Source: Nanohaloarchaea archaeon B1-Br10_U2g1 (lineage in GTDB: Archaea > Nanohalarchaeota > Nanosalinia > Nanosalinales > Nanosalinaceae). Taken from it: DNA of 20,076 nt. Position 1 is the first letter of the stretch. Each line of letters starts with the position of its first letter. The notes beneath the pieces are model-generated. The model saw only the letters and a program-made list of their open reading frames with translations, searched no databases and was not told where the DNA came from. The DNA lies in NCBI GenBank assembly GCA_001563875.1, contig LKMN01000012.1:1-20076 (forward strand), in the 5' to 3' direction. Positions 16,113 to 20,076 of this stretch are shown here, piece by piece. A program made the position numbers and the translations under genes.

Positions 16113-17246
16113 TTATTCACCTCTTGAGGAAGTTATTCTAAAGTCTTCAAGCACATAGGCTCCGTGGCTCTTAATTTCTAGTTCGTTGTCTTCCTGAAGA
16201 ACATCCTCCGATACGTTGTGCTGATTAAATCCGGTTTCCGGCTCTATAGAATGTGTTTCTTCATTTAATGTGATGTTTAAATTCCTATTTGTTGGTAGCA
16301 GGCTTCTGTAATCGAAAGAGATAATCTCTTGCGTGTCCTGGCGGTCTGCAAAGTTTAACTGCTCTCCAGATAATTCAAACTCCTCATTGATCTCCTCTCT
16401 TTGAACGGCTTCCACGCTTCTAACTGTTATATCTGCGTTTTCTATATGGTACTCTGCAGGCCTGCTTGTTGAAAACTCTATAGTATTAGATCCTGCGTTT
16501 AAGCTTTCCAATGGTATTTCTGCTTCTTCCCCTGTTGTACGTGCTTGTTCTCTGTTATAGATTTCATCGTCGTTCACAGTTATCTCTAGTGGTTCTTCTC
16601 TTACCGCTTCTTGTATATCAAAGGTTAGTTCCGACTCTACAAAGTCTTCTATCTCAAAACTGTATACTCTAAAGTTATCTCTATGATCTGAGAAGGTCCT
16701 ATCACTTACTCTAAGTTCAACATCTTCTAAAACGTATTCTGAACCAGAAAATATTCCGTCCCGGTTGACACCGAGTTCAAACTCGTTTACTCCATGCCTA
16801 AGATGCTCTTCGTCTATCTCGATCTCCGGATTCGATGTCGATACAAGGTGTTCGTCAAACACTTTTTCGCCGTTGACTTTCAGGTATACCGCTCCCGAGC
16901 CTTCTCTACCGAGAACTTCGAACTCCAGTTTGCCGTCTTGTGGCTGTGTGGCGTTGTAATCAAAATAAAGTTTTTGCCCTCTGAAAGGTCCTAAACGATC
17001 GCTTATACTCGAGCGGCTTCTTTCGAATGCGAGCACGTCTCCTCGCCCGTGTCCTACGTTGAAGTCTCCTAGGCTTATGGTTCTATGATCGTGTTCTTCA
17101 CTTCCTACAGTACCGAAATCTTTCTCATATAGAACCATTTCATCCTCTTCTTCAACTGTTATACCATCTGTTGCCTCATCATAGATAAAAATGAGGCCAA
17201 AAACCGTTAGGCCTGCGACTAAAACAACGCCAAACTTTTCGTCCAT
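16113..17246 (-). CDS. Membrane-anchored protein with three repeated beta-sandwich (jelly-roll-like) domains
   Basis: 377 aa; N-terminal TM FGVVLVAGLTVFGLIFIY; repeats VYLKVNG...LRHGVNEFEL...YVLEDV, LEITVND...LNAGSNTIEF...YHIENA, LNITLNE...LQEDNELEI...YVLEDF; 11 bp upstream of the 719-aa gene. Confidence 0.8.
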   Translation of the reverse strand: MDEKFGVVLVAGLTVFGLIFIYDEATDGITVEEEDEMVLYEKDFGTVGSEEHDHRTISLGDFNVGHGRGDVLAFERSRSSISDRLGPFRGQKLYFDYNATQPQDGKLEFEVLGREGSGAVYLKVNGEKVFDEHLVSTSNPEIEIDEEHLRHGVNEFELGVNRDGIFSGSEYVLEDVELRVSDRTFSDHRDNFRVYSFEIEDFVESELTFDIQEAVREEPLEITVNDDEIYNREQARTTGEEAEIPLESLNAGSNTIEFSTSRPAEYHIENADITVRSVEAVQREEINEEFELSGEQLNFADRQDTQEIISFDYRSLLPTNRNLNITLNEETHSIEPETGFNQHNVSEDVLQEDNELEIKSHGAYVLEDFRITSSRGE

Positions 17247-17269
17247 AATAATGTGGTGTTGTTTCGAGG

Positions 17270-17278
17270 TTTTTATTT
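17270..17278. promoter_or_regulatory. TATA element for pelota, possibly bidirectional
   Basis: TTTTTATTT lies about 23-32 nt from both divergent start codons (17246 minus, 17301 plus) in a 54-bp gap. Confidence 0.45.
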
Positions 17279-17300
17279 GTAGGTAGCAGTTAAACAGTTT

Positions 17301-18287
17301 ATGAAGCTGTTAAAAACCGATAGAAACGACGGATATGCCTGTATAAGAATTGAAAACAAAGACGATCTCTGGCATCTAAAAGACTTTATACAGGAAGGAG
17401 ACCATGTTAGAACATTAACACAGCGAACTAAACTGGATGGAAGAGAGAAAAAGACCTGCAGACTTACTTTAAAAGCAGAGAAGACAGAATACACTGAGGA
17501 AAGGTTGAGAGTTACCGGAGAAATCACAGAAGGTCATGAGGATGTTGAACTAGGCTACCACACGTTTAACTTGGAGCCAGATAACGAGTTCGAGATCCAG
17601 ACAGAGTTCACAGAAGAACGATGGAACAGACTTCAAGAGATGGAAGACAAAAGATCTTACCAGGTACTTTTCTGTCTTGTAGAGAAAGGTGGCGCCGACT
17701 TCTTCCTCGTAGAGGAGTCCGGTATAAAAGACCTCTCAAAGATAGAGGAGAACATACCAGGAAAGATGTACAAAGATCAGGTATCAGGCGAAGAATTCCA
17801 TAAACAGGTTAGAGCCGTTCTGGAAAGATCAGAAGATGTCGACGATATTGTGCTATGCGGTCCTGGATTCCAGAAGAACAAAGTATATGACACACTGTCC
17901 GAAGATCTTAAAAGCAAAACTTTCGTACAGAACACATCTGTCACCGGCAAAACAGGCCTTCACGAAGCATTTAAACGTGGTGCGCTCGACAAAGTCGTAG
18001 AGAACTCACGTATAGGAGAAGAATCTGAAGCTGTAGACAGATTTTTGGACGCTTTAAGAGAAGAAGATAAAGCTAGTTACGGCGAACCTGTAAAACAACT
18101 TGCAGACTTAGGAGCAGTTAAAAAACTCCTAATTACTGCAGAAAAACATAGAAAAGAGCCGGGGATATCTAGAACCGTAGAACAACAGGGAGGAGAGACA
18201 CAGATAGTGCATACTGATCACGAGGCAGGCGAAAAACTTGAGAAACTAGGTGGTTTAGCGGCTATTCTACGATACTCTCCTCAGTAG
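17301..18287 (+). CDS. pelA: mRNA surveillance / ribosome rescue factor pelota (Dom34)
   Basis: 328 aa; ENKDDLWHL, RLRVTGEI, LGYHTFNL, IPGK, LCGPGF(Q)K (PGF motif), EAGEKLEKLGGLAAILRY; lacks the NIKS and GGQ motifs of aRF1. Confidence 0.95.
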   Translation: MKLLKTDRNDGYACIRIENKDDLWHLKDFIQEGDHVRTLTQRTKLDGREKKTCRLTLKAEKTEYTEERLRVTGEITEGHEDVELGYHTFNLEPDNEFEIQTEFTEERWNRLQEMEDKRSYQVLFCLVEKGGADFFLVEESGIKDLSKIEENIPGKMYKDQVSGEEFHKQVRAVLERSEDVDDIVLCGPGFQKNKVYDTLSEDLKSKTFVQNTSVTGKTGLHEAFKRGALDKVVENSRIGEESEAVDRFLDALREEDKASYGEPVKQLADLGAVKKLLITAEKHRKEPGISRTVEQQGGETQIVHTDHEAGEKLEKLGGLAAILRYSPQ

Positions 18288-19389
18288 CTTCAGGCCTTGG
18301 ATCAAGCTCAACTTCAACCGTCTCTATTTCTCCGTCTCGTATAACTTCAAGCTCTACTTTATCTCCGGCTTCTGTATTTCGGGCAAGATAGACTAAAACG
18401 TCTTCTATACCTCTTACCTCTTGGTCATCTATAGATATTATCACGTCTCCGCCGACAGCTATCTCCTGTCCTTGTATCTCTACTATATCTTCTCCTTCAT
18501 CAACTATTCCTTCAGAAGGTCCTTCTTCGACCACATCTATCACTAGGAAGCCGGTGCTCTCATCTAAATCCATCTCTTCAGCTATTTCCGGATCGATATC
18601 AACGCCCGAGACCCCTAGCCATGAGTGTTGGTAACTTCCTTCATCTATAAGTTCAGGGATTACTCTTTCAACGCTTTCAGCAGATATTGCGAAACCTACT
18701 CCTGAAAAAGCGCCTGTTCCTGTTTCTATAGCAGTGTTTACACCTACTACTTCTCCACGAGTATTCATCAGTGGGCCTCCTGAGTTGCCTGGGTTTATCG
18801 CAGCATCAGTCTGCAGAACATTTGGTATGGAAAATCCTCCTTGGACAGGCAGCAGTCTGTCTTTCTGCGATATTATGCCTGTTGTCATTGAGCTTTCAAA
18901 CCCGAAAGGATTACCTATTGCCACCGCCTGTTGCCCTATCTCTACTTCTTCAAGATCTCCAAGACTCAAAGGCTCTAAACTAGTGTCATCAACCTTAAGA
19001 ACGGCTAAATCAGTGTAAGGATCTACTCCTATAACGTCAGCGCTCTCTGTGACTCCCTCGGTAAGAGTGACATCAACAGTCTCGGATCCGGCAACTACAT
19101 GGTAGTTCGTAACAATATGCTCTGTGTCGTATGCAAAGCCAGAGCCCTGAGCCTCTTGGGCTTCATGAGCATTTACTGATACAACAGAGTTCTCAACCCG
19201 GTTAAAGAGCTGAGAAAGATCTGTTCCAACATCTTCACCGTAATCATAGGAGTGTTCTATACTATCTTCAAGCTGGTCTATCTGGTAGGACGTATAGCCT
19301 AAAGCAGCGCCTACACCTATTACAGCTCCGATAAATATCATTAAAACTGTTTTACTAAGGTTTTCCGGCTCCACAGTTCTATCCTTCAT
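18262..19389 (-). CDS. htrA: Membrane-anchored HtrA/DegP-type trypsin-like serine protease with one PDZ domain
   Basis: 375 aa; N-terminal TM; triad TNYHVV, TDLAVL, QTDAAINPGNSGGPL; AIGNPFG; PDZ WLGVSG...GDVIISID...VELEVIRDGE. Confidence 0.95.
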   Translation of the reverse strand: MKDRTVEPENLSKTVLMIFIGAVIGVGAALGYTSYQIDQLEDSIEHSYDYGEDVGTDLSQLFNRVENSVVSVNAHEAQEAQGSGFAYDTEHIVTNYHVVAGSETVDVTLTEGVTESADVIGVDPYTDLAVLKVDDTSLEPLSLGDLEEVEIGQQAVAIGNPFGFESSMTTGIISQKDRLLPVQGGFSIPNVLQTDAAINPGNSGGPLMNTRGEVVGVNTAIETGTGAFSGVGFAISAESVERVIPELIDEGSYQHSWLGVSGVDIDPEIAEEMDLDESTGFLVIDVVEEGPSEGIVDEGEDIVEIQGQEIAVGGDVIISIDDQEVRGIEDVLVYLARNTEAGDKVELEVIRDGEIETVEVELDPRPEATEESIVE

Positions 19390-19468
19390 CCAGGAGCCTT
19401 AATAAAAAAACGGTTGGCAGAACACAGTACTAATTAAGTGTAGCCTTCAAACGAGTTATACATAGGAT

Positions 19469-19831
19469 ATGGATATACGTAGAGAAATATTCAAACTGAC
19501 TCCTCTGGGAAGAGCCGATCAAGAGTTAAGAGATCATCTTGGCGAACAGGCAGACAGCGATCTCTTCAGAAAATATGAAAAATCGCTGAACTACTATAGA
19601 ACCGCAAAGTTCTCCCAGACCATAGTTAAAGCACTTTTGTACGCCAGCCTGATTACATCTGTTATAGCTACATTTGGCTTTGAACAGGTACAGCTTCTGC
19701 AACAGATCGCATCCTACATAGGAGCAACGATACTGATAATTCTCTACGCCTTCACAAGCTACTACTCCCTTCTAAGAAGAGAGAGCTACCACGTAAAACG
19801 TGAAATACTGCTGGCAAACACCGAGAACTAG
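19469..19831 (+). CDS. Small two-TM membrane protein of unknown function
   Basis: 120 aa; hydrophobic IVKALLYASLITSVIATFGF and IASYIGATILIILYAFTSYY segments flanked by charged helices. Confidence 0.7.
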   Translation: MDIRREIFKLTPLGRADQELRDHLGEQADSDLFRKYEKSLNYYRTAKFSQTIVKALLYASLITSVIATFGFEQVQLLQQIASYIGATILIILYAFTSYYSLLRRESYHVKREILLANTEN

Positions 19832-19943
19832 ATCAGATAAACACAAATAGTAAAAGTTAAAGCCTGTTTTAGACCGTTCTTCAGCTAAATCTTTTTCCCT
19901 CAGATTTTTCTATCATCCTGAACAAAGTCTACAGTAGCGAAAG

Positions 19944-20028
19944 CGTCAGGGGCGGGATTTGAACCCGCGTGGGCGTGAGCCCAGTAGCTTAGCAAGCTAC
20001 CGCAATGACCAGACTATGCGACCCCGAC
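19944..20028 (-). tRNA. tRNA-Ser(GCT), 85 nt, intronless, CCA not encoded
   Basis: Acceptor GTCGGGG/CCCTGAC with discriminator G; anticodon arm GTAGC-TT-GCT-AA-GCTAC (anticodon 19993-19991); long variable arm GGGC-TCAC-GCCC; T arm GCGGG-TTCAAAT-CCCGC. Confidence 0.97.
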
Positions 20029-20076
20029 TTGCTGTGAGATTGTTTTACATGTTAACTGTTTAAAACATGTTACCTT

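Noticed and set aside
17301-18287. Release factor aRF1
   Set aside because: No NIKS or GGQ; pelota N-terminal motifs and PGF present.
230-19018. Many 60-157 aa ORFs antisense or out of frame to long genes (e.g. 615-905, 6430-6816, 7204-7575, 15620-16093, 18734-19018)
   Set aside because: Ser/Leu/Phe-rich mirror translations of purine-rich acidic genes, wholly inside better-supported CDSs, with no motifs.
19832-19960. Integrated element at the tRNA-Ser 3' end
   Set aside because: No integrase, no duplicated tRNA 3' end noticed in the window, and housekeeping genes lie directly downstream.
1-20076. CRISPR array, IS element, diversity-generating retroelement or provirus
   Set aside because: No regular repeat-spacer array, transposase, reverse transcriptase or virion motifs seen; repeats are protein-level only. 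A subtle dispersed repeat could be missed by eye.

Overview
Gene-dense archaeal window: very acidic (D/E-rich) proteins, GC roughly low-40s% by spot count, BRE/TATA promoters, GGTGA-type Shine-Dalgarno sites, pelota and a tRNA without encoded CCA. An acidic proteome at moderate GC with tiny intergenic gaps suggests a nanohaloarchaeon (DPANN); this is inference. Layout: (1) 1-5404, an accessory block of uncharacterised acidic helical proteins, three with twin-arginine-like motifs, plus a divergent coiled-coil gene; (2) 5408-10232, two multi-Ig/PKD surface proteins; (3) 10473-17246, a cell-surface module of three tandem paralogous lipobox lipoproteins, a DUF63 (Ali-like) membrane protein 5 bp head-to-head with them, a large Cys-rich membrane-anchored fourth paralog and a three-repeat beta-sandwich protein; (4) 17301-20028, pelota, HtrA-type protease, a small membrane protein and tRNA-Ser(GCT). 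No mobile element, CRISPR array or rRNA seen. All family calls are from motif recognition by eye, not database searches.
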